Assembly (NCBI GenBank): GCA_964016885.1
Contig: OZ024747.1
Coordinates: forward strand, 46,872,001-46,936,000
Direction of reading: 5' to 3'
Source: Eledone cirrhosa
Lineage: Eukaryota
DNA: 64,000 nucleotides
Of this stretch, positions 1-13,900 are shown in pieces (the stretch's first letter is position 1; every line of letters begins with the position of its first letter). The position numbers and the translations under genes were made by a program. The notes below the pieces were generated by a model that had not been told where the DNA came from, made no database searches, and was given only the letters and a program-made list of their open reading frames with translations.

Positions 1-119
1 ATGAAATTTCTCTTGTTTATTCGTCTAATACAATATACTTTATAACCTGTCTACTCGGTGTACAGCTAGCATTGAAAAAATATACCCCAGGCTGTAATCA
101 TGTTTTCGTTCGTTCGTTC

Positions 120-215
120 CTCCTCCTCCTCCTCCTTCTTCTTCTTCTTCTTCTTCTTCTTCTTCTTCTTCTTCTTCTTCCCTCTCCTCCTCATCCTTCT
201 TCTTGTTATTATCAT
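120..215. repeat. (TCC)n/(TTC)n trinucleotide microsatellite
   Basis: Direct reading of the sequence. Confidence 0.95.
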
Positions 216-239
216 TACTTTGATATATCAGTCATTATT

Positions 240-507
240 GTTATTTAACCGGGAAATTTGCCTTAACGAACATCACGCCGCTATCTGCAGCCTCAGATAT
301 TCAGGACGTATCGGAGAGTCATTGCTGTTCCAAGTAGGTATGCCTTCTAGGGTGTTCCAAAAATGGGATCTGCGCTACTGTTCCTTAACCAGCTTTGGAA
401 TGTATTCGAGATATTACCTAATACTCTTATGACGATAGGGGCGACCTTGATCCCATGATAGTTCCAGACACTTTTCAGTTCCCACTTTAAATCCCTTTCT
501 TCCTTTG
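240..507 (-). mobile_element. 3' fragment of an RLE-type non-LTR retrotransposon (R4/Dong-like)
   Basis: Minus strand reads DLKWELKSVWNYHGIKVAPIVIRVLG...KAYLLGTAMTLRYVLNI*, resembling the C-terminus of R4/Dong-type ORFs (PVVVGALG...LLGTARILRKVL); followed by a TAA-rich tail. Confidence 0.65.
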
Positions 508-523
508 TTATATATAAATATAT

Positions 524-556
<33 letters not shown>

Positions 557-572
557 AATATATATATATGTT

Positions 573-623
573 AGTTTCAGAAGATCCCGTTAAGGGTGAA
601 AGCAGCGATTATTTGCTTAAACT
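573..623 (+). ncRNA. Type I hammerhead-like motif (U4A core) in a ~75-bp island between (TA)n tracts
   Basis: AGTTT-CAGAAGA-T-CCC gttaa GGG-T-GAAA-GCA..TGC-TT-AAACT; stems I, II and III pair. Confidence 0.55.
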
Positions 624-710
624 TTAATCTGTTATTTTAATAAATAAATATATATATATATATATATAAATATAATGCAAGATGTAGATATTAGTAGAAT
701 ATAATATAAG

Positions 711-930
711 GGCGCTGGATTGGCAGTATCGGTAGAACCTCGGACGCCATGCTTTGCAGCATAGAGCTTCGGCCCTTTATGATCTGACTTCAAATCCCGC
801 CGAGGATAACTTTGCCTTTCATCCTTACGGAGTCGATAAAATAAAGTACCAGTCACGTACTGGAGTCGATTTAATCGACTTTCTCCCACCCCCAAATTGC
901 AGGCCTTGTTCCTATACTAGAAATCATTAT
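711..930 (+). mobile_element. tRNA-derived SINE (octopus OK-like), long subfamily
   Basis: A box TGGCAGTATCGG, B-box-like ACTTCAAATCC, body GATAAAATAAAGTACCAGT shared with many copies in the window. Confidence 0.85.
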
Positions 931-1599
931 ATAGGAATATAGGAAAGGATTTTCAACGTTTGGAAATGTCGTTCCTATCTATTTATAAATCACCTTAAAG
1001 TATACTTCAAAATATAAGCCCATAGGTTATATCTTATATTAATATTACTACACTACGTCCACATATTTAATCATGTTGGTAAAAATAATAATAATGGTCC
1101 TAAATAAGTAAACACATAATAGAGATAGTAAGTTTGGAATAGAGTGGGGGAAAATGAACGAGAAGAATATCAAAGAGGAATTCAATTTGAAAGAAAAAGG
1201 ACCTACAAGTTTAAAGTTCAATGCAATTGACCCACGGCTCCAAAGTTCAACGATAAAAATAGTAGATTCATTCACAAACAAAAGGACAATTGACCAAAAA
1301 ACTTAAAAGAATTACTTTATATATTAAATTGACATCAACTACTTCCATGCTTGAAGTGAAATGTAACTAAGAAAAGAAACAATCAGAATAAAAAAAAAGG
1401 AAGAAAAGGAAATGAAAGGAAAATAAAGAGAAAGGAAAGCCGGAGGCTTATTATCTTCAGTCAGCTACTGATTTTCAACAAATGCAATGTAATTGTGTTA
1501 GTGACCAGGTCGCAGGAGAATGACGATTCATTTTGACAATTTATAGTTGATACTACGTATGAAGAAAAATGGAATGGAAGAGAATGGACAGCGGTCAGT

Positions 1600-1845
1600 T
1601 TCGACGATGACTGATCCAGTTGTTCGACGAACCGAACGGAATAACCTGCTCTTGATATTAACGTGTAAGTGGCTGAGCATTCCACAGACACCTGTAGACT
1701 TAACACAATTGCGACAAAGTTGATCCTATGAACTACACGCCCAGTCTAGCTGCTGGGGTTCGAAACAGTTTTCAATCTACCCAATTTTAATCAAAAGTCA
1801 TGCTTGAGGCTATAGATCGAACCCGGGACCTAATGATTACGAATA
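1600..1845 (-). mobile_element. Degraded tRNA-derived SINE of another family
   Basis: B box GGGTTCGATC on the minus strand near 1815-1825; body resembles common octopus SINE sequence (from memory). Confidence 0.4.
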
Positions 1846-2367
1846 TCATTTTTTGTATCATTTGAGCATGCTGCTTTCTGAGCACAGAGCTTATAAAGGT
1901 TTAAATGACATTGGAACTCAAAGTAAAGTGGTGCATTCTACTGAAGAACACAACCTGCTCTCTGAGCTATATATATATATATATATATATATCTGAACAT
2001 GCAACCCCGTTCTTCCCCCAACCCTTACTTTCACATACACACACACACACACACACACGCACACCTACACACACACACACCACCTTCAGCCCTCCCCGCT
2101 CGGACACCCCGTCTCCCTCTCCCCACTCCACCCGCCACCACCCCTACACACCCCACACCCTTCCACCACCTGTTTACCCCCCTTTTAATTTCAGTTTATT
2201 TTGATCATGCCTTTATTTTTAAATTTATCTCATTCCATGTATTTTCATAATGCTTTATTTTTATTTTTATCTTTATTTTTTATTTTTTCATTCGCACCGT
2301 TTCCTTTCGCTATATGTCTCTCCACCACTCCCCTACACACCCTTTGAACTCTGTTCCCACACACTTC

Positions 2368-2400
2368 TCACCTGAGGAAGGGCTTATGCCCGAAACGTCG
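2368..2400 (+). ncRNA. Minimal PLE-type hammerhead motif
   Basis: CTGAGGA-A-GGGC ttat GCCC-GAAA-CG-TC; palindromic ACGT stem III; stem I weak. Confidence 0.65.
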
Positions 2401-2491
2401 TCCCCCACCAACACCCCACTCTCCAGAGCGTGAAATTAATAAACATTCGTTGTACTGCCTCTCTGTTTTGTCCCTGTTCAAATTTTTCCAT

Positions 2492-2590
<99 letters not shown>

Positions 2591-2791
2591 ATTTTTTCTC
2601 GCGAGTCAGTTCTTTCGTTGCTACAGAACACGCGGCTGAATTGCCGGTCGCTATCTTCAATTTGCAAAGCCCTTTAAACTGTATGTTATTACTCTGCTGA
2701 GGTTTATACCTTGTCGAGTGCTTGGCTGCACTGCTGAAGGCATTCGCCGGCTTAGCTGCGGCTCGAGCTTCGAATATGCTGTACTTTCATT

Positions 2792-2830
<39 letters not shown>

Positions 2831-3047
2831 GGGGGGGGAGAGGAGTGTAAGTGTGTATGTATATATGTTTATATATATATGCTTAGTGGTTAGAGTATTC
2901 GGCTTAAAATCGGGAAGTTGAAATGAGTGAATTGAATCGAATTGTGTATGCATTGGTTGTCCGTAATTACCCGGAGTGTGACATATACATACATTCAAAC
3001 ATACATGTATGCATGCACACACAGACACACCCGTATATATATATATA

Positions 3048-3132
<85 letters not shown>

Positions 3133-3167
3133 TATAAGTATTAATAAAATAGATGTTCTTTTGATCA

Positions 3168-3230
3168 ATTACATTTTATTATACATATTTCGGATGTACA
3201 ACAGTACGTCCTCATCAGACAAAATATAAT
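3168..3230 (-). ncRNA. Type I hammerhead ribozyme
   Basis: Reverse complement: ATTATATTTTGT-CTGATGA-GGACGTAC tgtt GTACATCC-GAAA-TATGTA-TA-ATAAAATGTAAT; 12-bp stem I, AUA site. Confidence 0.85.
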
Positions 3231-3393
3231 GATAAATGACATACCCTGAGATGTTAAATGGTTATATTTTATTAATACTTATATTTTAATATTTATAACT
3301 CCTGAAAAATTTTTTTTTTTCGTTGAGTGCTTCCAATCTACTGTAAAACTCATCCTTTGACATAATCATCGAATATTGTTTAACAACTTAATA

Positions 3394-3457
<64 letters not shown>

Positions 3458-3711
3458 AGTAAAAACATATATATGTATTCATGCATACATAGATACATAT
3501 ACATATTATATATATGTGTGTATTTGTGTATGGATATAAACATGTAGATATATATATTTCTCAATGTGCACCGAAACTGTATTGATTTCCAGAGGTCGTG
3601 CGAGGGCTATCTGTTTTCCCCTTGTTTTTCCTATTGCCTTTGTCCTGCGCGTCCCGTTTTGTATTCATATTCTAAAGACATAGCCATGCGAGATTTTATC
3701 AAACTATATAT

Positions 3712-3777
<66 letters not shown>

Positions 3778-4493
3778 CAAGCGAAATTATTTCGATATAT
3801 GAAATATCGACTCGTTCACCATTACAATACGATGGAAATTTGGCACTAAAATACCTAAATCAGAGGTCAATCGTACAGATAGTGTTATGGATACAACATT
3901 AATAATATCTTGTATAAAAAGCATATGATCAAATTGACCATTAAAATATTACTTACATTACGTTAGCAATATATAGTTCTAATAATTTCTTAGCGCAATT
4001 TCTTGTCTTTAAAATTCACTATAATTGTCACAATTAAATGGATAATTATAAATGTTAGGAATTCGACCTTCATCAGTACGACAAACTTATTAATTAGACG
4101 AGTTATTATCTGTTCATAATTAAGTCTGAGTCGAGACACAGACTCACGTGTTTATATGGCGAGTGACTGCGCGGTAACTGTGACAGTCTTAGACAGTGGA
4201 AGGCATGGAGAAATGCTACAAACAGCTCACTCGCAAGGCAAGAAGAAACTCTCCCGATATATCGAAAAATTGGGAATACATCGCCGAAACCCTGAGAATC
4301 CTTTACGCCAAAGAAGGAATCTTAAACAAAAAATCTAAGGCAATTTCGGCTTGTAAACATAAACTGTATCAAACGTTTTTGTATTACAACCCAATATTAT
4401 ATCCTAACGGATAGTACGGACACTATGTTGATGGTGTGGTACCAAAGGACAGCCTAAATTAATACACAAATTTTATTTATTTATATATGTATA

Positions 4494-4529
<36 letters not shown>

Positions 4530-4828
4530 ATCCCACTGAAAAGTTTCGTGAAATAGTATTTTTAAGACTATATAGAGCATTTGTAGTTTTTCCAAATTGA
4601 AGGATGAGTATTTAACCTTAATTTTATTCTGAGTTAAGACTCTATTGGTTTTTTCCCTGGATTTCACAAAATCTGTGGATAAAATTTCTGTCTTGACTTT
4701 TTTTAAAATTGAGTTTGAATTATTTTCCCATATCTTACGTTAAATATTTTCCATGTTGACGTTATAGTCACTTATATATTATTATGAAATAGTGTTGGCT
4801 TCTTGCTCACATTAATTTCTCTATTTTC

Positions 4829-4859
<31 letters not shown>

Positions 4860-4864
4860 TATAT

Positions 4865-5059
4865 AACAAAGGAATTGTGGTAAGGAACCTGATGGACCAT
4901 AACGCACCAGAGTACTCAATACTTAGGGTAGTAGAGTGGGAAATAGGAAAAAGTATGACCCCAACGGCAGAGCCTTTTCGACGGCTATTTCTGGACTATT
5001 TAGTCCAGAAATAGCCTTCGAAACGGCTTTAGCTCTGCCGTCGAGGTCATACTTTTTCC

Positions 5060-5061
<2 letters not shown>
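4865..5061 (-). mobile_element. Fold-back family A element (PLE terminal-repeat derivative) in (TA)n
   Basis: Homologous to 6143-6709, 22637-22822, 24372-24603 and 56532-56731; palindrome centred near 5000. Confidence 0.8.
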
Positions 5062-5091
<30 letters not shown>

Positions 5092-5104
5092 CATATATAT
5101 ATTT

Positions 5105-5229
5105 TTAATATAGAAACGGCTCCTACATGTCTAGAAGTGTTTCATTCGGAGGAAATCCTCAGGCGCCTACCTGGTGATTTCCTCCAAATGAAATAGTTCT
5201 AGTCATGTAGAAGCCATTTCTATATTAAA
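5105..5229. repeat. Fold-back palindrome with a degenerate hammerhead on each arm
   Basis: ~58-bp inverted arms; plus arm CCTAC-CTGGTGA...GAAA..GTC-ATGTAG, minus arm CTGAGGA...GAAA. Confidence 0.7.
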
Positions 5230-5307
5230 TAATTATTTTCTGCAATGTATTGAGTACCCTACTTACTGTGGTTACCCCTAATTGAACCCGCGATAAACAC
5301 ACACACA

Positions 5308-5370
<63 letters not shown>

Positions 5371-6228
5371 AGAGAGAGAGAGCGAGAGAGAGAGAGATAG
5401 AGAGATGTACGCTTGTGTGTGATTACACTATTGAGTCATTTTGCTATTTACAACGCATGTTATGAGTCAGATATTTTCACTTCATTTTTTAATACTTTAC
5501 ATTTTATTAATATCCTTTCAAATTACTGTCGGTTCTATTCAGGAATACTTTCAAAGTACATATTATTAGGCTTTTATGATGATGTTCAACGACTATCTTC
5601 CATTTAGAGAAGTCGTGGTTTGTGTGAATAAGAAATTATGCCAGATATAACAATTATGTGATATCGAACCCTTCATTGATGGATCAGGAATGGAGCCTCT
5701 GCATGGATGTAAGAACTGCTAGATACAGCAACCACATCTTTGACTTATCGCATTTCAAGGACTTAAAAAAAACAAAACATAGAACATATTATCTTAATTA
5801 GCTGGGGAAAATGTTGATCCCGGTTTGAATGTCGTTGGCTCAATCAAAGTTGTTTGTATATATATATATATATGAAAAGTGTAATTTTCTACACAAAACG
5901 AAGGTTATAGAGAAAATTGAGGTTGGTAATGGCACATGGAATATATAAGAGACAGAATACTTTTTTGTGAAAAAACATATAATTTTATAAGGTAAGGAAA
6001 TAATAAAAGGTATAAAAAATGACCGGTTTCGATGGGTCTGCAAAAGCAGATATATATATATATAACAAAGGAATTGTGGTAAGGATATATATATATATAT
6101 AACAGATATATATATATATATAAAGCAGATATATATATATATAACAAAGGAATTGTGGTAAGGAACCAAATGGACCATAACGCACCAGAATACTCAATAC
6201 TTAGGGTAGTAGAGTGGGAAATAGGAAA

Positions 6229-6334
6229 AATATGACCCCGACGGCAGAGCTCAAGCCGTTTCGACGGCTATTCTGAACTAAATTAGAATTTTGAACCTGG
6301 TGAATAAATAGTCAAACTTTTCAAGGGAGTACTT
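6229..6334 (-). ncRNA. Mirror copy of the U3-A8 hammerhead
   Basis: Reverse complement of 6517-6623 with few substitutions. Confidence 0.7.
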
Positions 6335-6516
6335 CCTTATATGGGAAGATTGTAGTTGTCAAGAGGATTGGTTAAAATTTGTTGTAAACACTCCCCTATT
6401 GTTCTACAGGCAAGTTCAGCCACCCTTAACTCCCACCAAATGCCATGATAGACTTATTTGTGTTTACAACAAATTTTAACCAATCCTCTTGACAACTACA
6501 ATCTTCCCATATAAGG

Positions 6517-6623
6517 AAGTACTCCCTTGAAAAGTTTGACTATTTATTCACCAGGTTAAAAATTCTAATTTAGTCCAGAATAGCCGTCGAAACGGCTTGA
6601 GCTCTGCCGTCGGGGTCATACTT
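6517..6623 (+). ncRNA. Type I hammerhead with U3-A8 core (UUGAAAA)
   Basis: AAGTACTCCC-TTGAAAA-G..ACTATT...AATAGCCGTC-GAAA-CGGC ttgagctct GCCG-TC-GGGGTCATACTT; GUC site after 6611. Confidence 0.75.
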
Positions 6624-6856
6624 TTTCCTATTTCCCACTCTACTACCCTAAGTATTGAGTACTCTGGTGCGTTATGGTCCATTTGGTTCCTTACCACAAT
6701 TCCTTTGTTATATATATATATATCTGCTTTTGCAGACCCATCGAAACCGGTCATTTTTTATACCCTTTATTATTTCCTTACCTTATAAAATTATATGTTT
6801 TTTCACAAAAAAGTATTCTGTCTCTTATATATTTCATGTGCCATTACCAACCTCAA

Positions 6857-7269
<413 letters not shown>

Positions 7270-8727
7270 ACCCATGACTCCAGAGGGAGATGTATCGGTG
7301 CCATACTCACATACAGCGTGGTGGGCATCTTATAAACCCTGGCAGAGTCTCCCACCAGGTATGCAGGTCTGAACACAGCTGATATCCCCCAAAGGAAGAG
7401 AAGAAGTAGAGCGAGAGAGATAATTTGAGGATAATTTGAAACGTAATGTATAATTACTTTGAAACGATCATCAACCATTAACACGACATCTTCACCTTTT
7501 GTACACCGCAAGTTTCATCGCGAAAGATGGAAAAATGGCCTTTTTCTGACATGTTTTTAATCTAACTAGAACTTGGCAGGAAAGCGAATATCAATAGCCT
7601 ACGCACTGGGAGAAGAGCATCTTATAGCTAGAGCTGAACTAAATTAAATAATCTGATTTGCATACGAATTAATAAACTGAAAACTTTGATTAATTAGCTA
7701 ATTGGTTATGCATTAAACTGTGATTTATATAATTTGAAATGGCAGGTATATGTTGTTTTTATATATAAACATATAATTTTATCTTGGATGCATTAATTAG
7801 ACAAACAGATTACATTGCGGTTTTCATTTCTTCTACATCTTACATTTTAAATATTCTAATAGCACAGTCTGTAATGTAATATGAATAAATTTATTAATTA
7901 TAAAAGTTGTCAGCGTATGCACTGATATGGAAACTATAGGAACAAATTTAGATGAGTCTGAAGTTTTTACATGCACTACGTTTACAGGTAGAAGATATTA
8001 ATCATACCACAAACATATGATAGGAAATCATATTTCCCGATAAAGGTTAAAAAATACGAAACCATATTCAAACTGATTTACCGCTCTTGGAGAGATAAAG
8101 GATATTTGGAAAGGACTGTTTAGATTTCACAGCGAGGCTAAAATTGTAAATTTATTTTAGATAAGATACGATTGATTTATTATGTTACAGGTCTAATTCA
8201 TTAGACTGCCGCGATTCTGGGGCATCGGTAATCGATCATATTGAATCCAGAGTAACATATTTTATCTTTATGATTTTTGCCAAACAGCTACATTACAGGA
8301 CAAACACAGGCCTAAATACAGAGAGAGAGAGTGTGTGTGAGAGAGAGAGGAAGAGAGAGAGAGACCTGTTACTTAGTCCTAATATGCTAGGTTTTTTTTA
8401 TCACGTTAGGCTACGTGTGTTTTTATTCCACCATGCTGCCTCGGCAAATGGAACAATATGTATGAATTCGTGGTCAATTTCTCTTAGCATTTGAAGAATG
8501 AAACTCCCTTGAACAGTATGGCTGTTTCTTCAATTGTTGGTGGCTCCAATAAGAATTCTTCCCCATATGAAAACGTGGTAGGGAGATCTATATATAAGCG
8601 AGTTTAGATAGAATATCTTTTTGTCTATCTTGTTTATACTCTCATCAACATAGTTTCTTCTCACTTAAATTTATTATAGAATATTACTTCTCTGAATGAT
8701 TCCTCGGTTTGAGTTGTTTATGTATAA

Positions 8728-8729
<2 letters not shown>

Positions 8730-8801
<72 letters not shown>
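8730..8801. repeat. (TATC)n microsatellite at the 5' boundary of the Tx1 LINE
   Basis: About 18 TATC units. Confidence 0.95.
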
Positions 8802-9019
8802 ATTTCTGGGATGGACACATGTGTTAAACTTTCCCGGTAAATTTTGTTTACATTTCTTTAGAAATTCGTCATTGAAAACTTTTATTTTTATACCAATTTG
8901 ATAGGTCTGACAGGTTAAATTTTGATGTGGTCAGCCTCCCAAAATATCGTGCCCCTCAGGGCAAAAACATCCAACATATTTTCGAAAATATTTTTGCAAA
9001 ACACTTCAATTTTAAAAAA

Positions 9020-10890
9020 ATGGCCGAAGCAAAGGCATCTACTTCTTTGTCAATACAAGAAGATGGGAAGTGAAAGCCATGCCTACTTGACCAGCAAGTA
9101 GTAGCAGACATGGACAAAGGAATGCCAACATTATCAACTCAACATTTAGAAGGGGAACAAGCTTCAGCTGCTTGTAAGCAACTGACCACGCCTGACGTCA
9201 CAAACGTCACATGTACCCACACGCAGAAGGAAGTATATGTAGCAAATACTTACACCACCACAAGCAACAACAACGATAACACAACAAAAGGAATCAGCGG
9301 CAACACAACGAATGAGACCATCATCACCGCCAACAACAACAATAACAAAATTTCATTTGCAGCAACCGTTGCTAAGCTAAAGGGATTTTAAATATTATTC
9401 CATGGACATTTCCCAAAAGTCCCAATATTTGGAAGAAGCTTCCAACTATGTGACGTTTGAGGAAGACACCCCACACATACACATACCCCTACAAGTAAGA
9501 GAGATGACACAGAAAAATAAACTAATTTATAGAACAGTTGACATCATTACCAAAAAACCCGTAACGCTCCCAACAACCACTATTGAAGCTGGACTAAAAG
9601 ATATCAAGCCAGAGGTGGCATACCTCCAAATAGCTAAACATTATGAAAGTGTGTCAGTGCTCTTTAAGAGCGAAACTCTGGCACAAAAACACTCGGTTCA
9701 CTCAATAAAAACGGATCAACACATCTTCTTCCCCACATACATGGCAAGAAGATCATACAAAATAAAAATAACCAGGCTCCCAGCAGAGGTCAACATATGG
9801 TGGATCCTACGCTGCATCCTGAAGAAGGATGAGGACACCCTCCTATCTGTAGACAGGACAGACCGGAATAACTGGTTTGGAACCTGCATCGAGGTTCTGG
9901 TACAAATGAGGTCAGAGAGAGTTGAGAAAATACCGAATAGGATCGTCCTTGTGGAAGATGTCATCTCCATTTTAGTGGAGGGGAAAAGACCTCAGTGCCA
10001 TAAATGTGGGAAAACCACACACTTAAAGGCCTTTTGCCCTCTCTTAAACAAACTGAGGACAAACAAGGTGTTATTACCAACACCAAAACCCCAACATCAA
10101 CACCCCAAACCAAACACAGCACGAAAACCTGCAACATCCACTCCCACACCACCACAGACCAGAGACAACCACACACACAAAATCCCACTGAAAAACCCTC
10201 CATTGCCTCCTCCCTCCCTGTCAAATACTTCCACAAACACCTGCACAAACACTCCACCACACAACATACCCCTCCCATCTACCTCTGATTCAGAAGTCTA
10301 AGATACTGGAACCTCTACATCTCCAAGTGAGAATGAAGAGGAATCCCCAAAATCGAAAAAACAAAAAAGAGACAAAAAAGACACAAAAACATCTACAGAA
10401 AACACACACACACCCAACCCCACTATAAAAACACCGCCACAAACAACAAACACACCAACAACACAATCACCACCAACACAACCAAACACTTCACCAACAA
10501 AACAAACACCCGCACCACCACAATCACAAACCCCAACCACAAAAAGAAAACTACAAACAGAAACAGTACACATAAAAAACAAAACACATTACACATACAT
10601 AAAAACAAGAAACAAAGAACTGGTGTAAACTGTCCGAAACGACCCCACAATACAAACGGAAGGGAAAACCTTCCCCACCAACGACCCACCCCAAAACCTC
10701 AAACTTATCAGGGTAACAACCCTACAGTATGAAACTTTAAAAGAGAACTTCCCACATGATGTTCCCCCCCCCCCGTTTTCCAAAAGCCCCTTAACCGTGT
10801 CCTGCTAAAAGGGTTCCCTCCCTCCCCACACACCACCAATCTGGACATGGAGATCGAACAACCCGACCTCCAGGAAACGAAAAGGTAAGT
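9020..10890 (+). pseudogene. LINE ORF1 (gag-like, zinc knuckle), disrupted
   Basis: ATG at 9020; ORF 9402-10301 contains CHKCGKTTHLKAFC (CX2CX4HX4C) then a Pro/Thr-rich tail; stops and frameshifts. Confidence 0.8.
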
Positions 10891-10928
10891 GTTCCTGCCT
10901 TTTCTCTCCTTAACTCTTCTTCACCAAC

Positions 10929-13900
10929 ATGGCGACTATACAAGCTGGATGTTTGAATGTACGTGGCCTAGGCATGTCCTGGAAACAGGGCCAGCTTTTA
11001 AATGATCTCAGATCACATTGTATAGATGTGATAGCCATCACCTAGTCCATGATTCATGACAAGCAGCAGCTAACCCCTATGTTCGATGATTTTGATATCA
11101 ACGCTTCTCTCTGTCAGCCAGGAGGTGGAGGGGGAGTTCTGTTTCTAAAAAACTTTGATCTCAAAATACAGGCGATTCACTTGGACACGGAGAGCAGCCT
11201 GGTGGTCCTGGACGTGAATGGTAGTGAAGGTGGAGCTTTCAGACTGGTGGCTGTATATACCCCGACTGGGATATCGTGACCAGAGTTCTTCAAGCGTCTG
11301 GAGCCATTCTTGGGAAGGTCTCGCTCCTTAGTGTTAGCGGGGGGACTGGAATGGCATCTTAGACGCACGTTGGGACTATGTAGGAGCTTGTGATAATAGA
11401 GGGGAGGGTATAATAGCCTCAAAAATCTCATCAGCCAATACCAACTGGCTGACAAATATCGACTAGACCTCCCAAGTGCACCACTGTGGACGTGGAGCAA
11501 CCGCACTGGGTCTTCTAGATCGTATTTAGATAGATTTTTAATTAGACAGAATGATAAGGAAACATTAAGCTGTCCACAAATGCACATGGTTGCTTATTCA
11601 GACCACAAATTAGTCACCTGCGTTGTCAACCTTGATAGATCACATAGGCAGGGACCCGGATACTGGAAGCTAAACATGTCGCTCCCGGCGCGTAAGGCCT
11701 ACAGTAAACGGATTAGCACCTTAATTAAGTGCCAGTTGATGGGGGCGATCGTCAACAACAGGTAGTGGAGCTCTCTCAACAGAGCAATTAGAATAGAATC
11801 GATAGCATTTAGCAAGGAAGTAGCTCTAGTAAAAAAACAAAACTGAAAAGGAACTGGTAGATAAAATAGAAGAGGCACTTAGGAATGGCAGTACAGCTGA
11901 CGTGCTAGCGGCGAGAACGGCACTAGACCAGTTCTTCAACGTGAAACACGAAGGTTGTATTGTCAGAAGTAGAACAGGTGCTCTAAGAAACGAGGGAGCC
12001 AAAGCTGTTAGCTGGGCCCGAGTGGCAGAGGCGAAAAGTGGCAACAAATCCACAATTCGGTCTTTGCAAGACAAAGATGGACGCATTATACATGAATCCA
12101 AGCGGATATGCACGGCCTTCCAGCAGCATTTTTCACAACTGTTCGAGCAAAGCGGTACATCGAGCGAGGTGATGGGCTTCAGCTCCTACCTCGACAGCGT
12201 ACCTCAACTCTCGAGACGGTTGCAGAAAGCTGCGAAAGGCTGGTTACAGCTGGCGAAATAGAAGATGCCCTAGGCCGCCGCGGGAAACGCAAATCACCCG
12301 GTTTAAATGGTCTATCTTATGTGTTTTATATAGGCATACCAGACCTGTTCTCTGACGTCCTCGAAGCGGTCTACTACAACTGGCAGCAGAACGGGAGGAT
12401 TCCCAGTTCTGTAGGCAGAGGCGTAGTAACGCTGATCAGGAAAGATGAGAACAAGGGGATGAGATAAGCAATTTCAGGCCCATAACTCTGCTCAACACAG
12501 AGTTAAAGATTTTGGCCAAGGTGTTAGCAGCAAGGCTGGCGCTTGTCGTCGAGAACCTGGTAGAGGAAGCTCAAACGTGTGCTATCCCGACCAGGTCCAT
12601 ACACAACAACCTCCAACTCATGCGATACATCATAGAGAGGGTGGGTGTAAACCTGACTTCGGTGGGGCTCTGATCAAGTCAGATCAGTCTAAGGCATTTG
12701 ATAAGGTCGACCATTAACACTTCGAAGCAGCATCTGCTCGGCAGTCAAGGTGAATGGCTACCTATCAGAGCCATTCCAAATCATGCGTTCCATCCGTCAG
12801 AGATGCCCTCGCTCCTCCATTCTGTATGTACTGACTCTTGAGCCGTTACTGCGGAAGTTGGAGCTGTTGCAGGGCATCCCGATCGAACCAGGACTGCGGA
12901 AATCTCGGAAATCGGGGTACTCGGCAACCTATTACAGGAATACGAAACGTTGACAGGAGCAAGACTAAACCCAAACAAGTCTGTCGGTTTGCAACTCGGC
13001 ACATGGAGAGGCAAACCCATGCCTTCCGACAGCGTGGTTGGACGCTGGACGGAAGGACCGATGAAATTGCTAGGGGTCTTGTTTGGTCTAGAGCTCCAGG
13101 TGGACAAGAACTAGAACGAGATCAAGGAGAAGGAGTTTGCACTCACCTAGAAGTGGGCTGAGTGCAAACTCTCCTTGAAACACTTACATAGCGTCCGTCA
13201 TCTACTACCGCTTGACAGTCGCGCCTTGCCCCCACGAATACCTTTCCAAAATGGAACGCCTACTCTTCATGTTCCTCTGGAAGAAACAGGCTCTATTGTT
13301 GAGGAGATCCATCTGCTGTCAACACCCTTCTAATGTAGGGCTGGACATTCCGTGGCTGATGATGCGCAAATACGCGCTGAGGCTACGCCATCTCCAGGTA
13401 TTCCTGACCGGGGAACCGGTGTGGCTGTCGTTTGTGAGACAAGCTCTTCCACAGCTCGTCTCACTGACAGAGCTGCAGTCCTGGGTCAAGCGAAGACCAA
13501 AAATGAGTTCCTGGCACCTCGAGTGCCTACAGGCGCTCACAGCCCTCTACAAAGCGGAAACGGTAATCAGTGGAGACTCCACTTCGACATTCTATAGGGG
13601 ATTAGTGGAGAATAAGTGCCACGACGTTCTCGGGGAAACTCTAGGCATTGACCAGTCTGTTCGGGAGGACTTTCCGTCCAGGGCCTATGGAAAACTTCTA
13701 GAGGTCTCTGGCCTGGCAGTGCTACCGAGGAGCTCTACCAGTTCGAGACAAAATCTACAGGCACGGACGCCCTGGCAGAGATCCTGCCAAAAGGACCTGT
13801 CCAAGATGCGAGCAGGACAACGAAACCGTTCTGCACGCAATTGTTCAGTGCCCAGGGGTGGCCGACCTGTGGAATTATGTCGAACAGCTGCTGTCACGTG

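Noticed and set aside
3985-4080. Minus-strand CTGATGAAGGTC...GAAA hammerhead candidate
   Set aside because: Stems I and III do not pair convincingly
4156-4414. Short complex ORFs as host exons
   Set aside because: No recognisable domain; faint resemblance to a decayed RTE only
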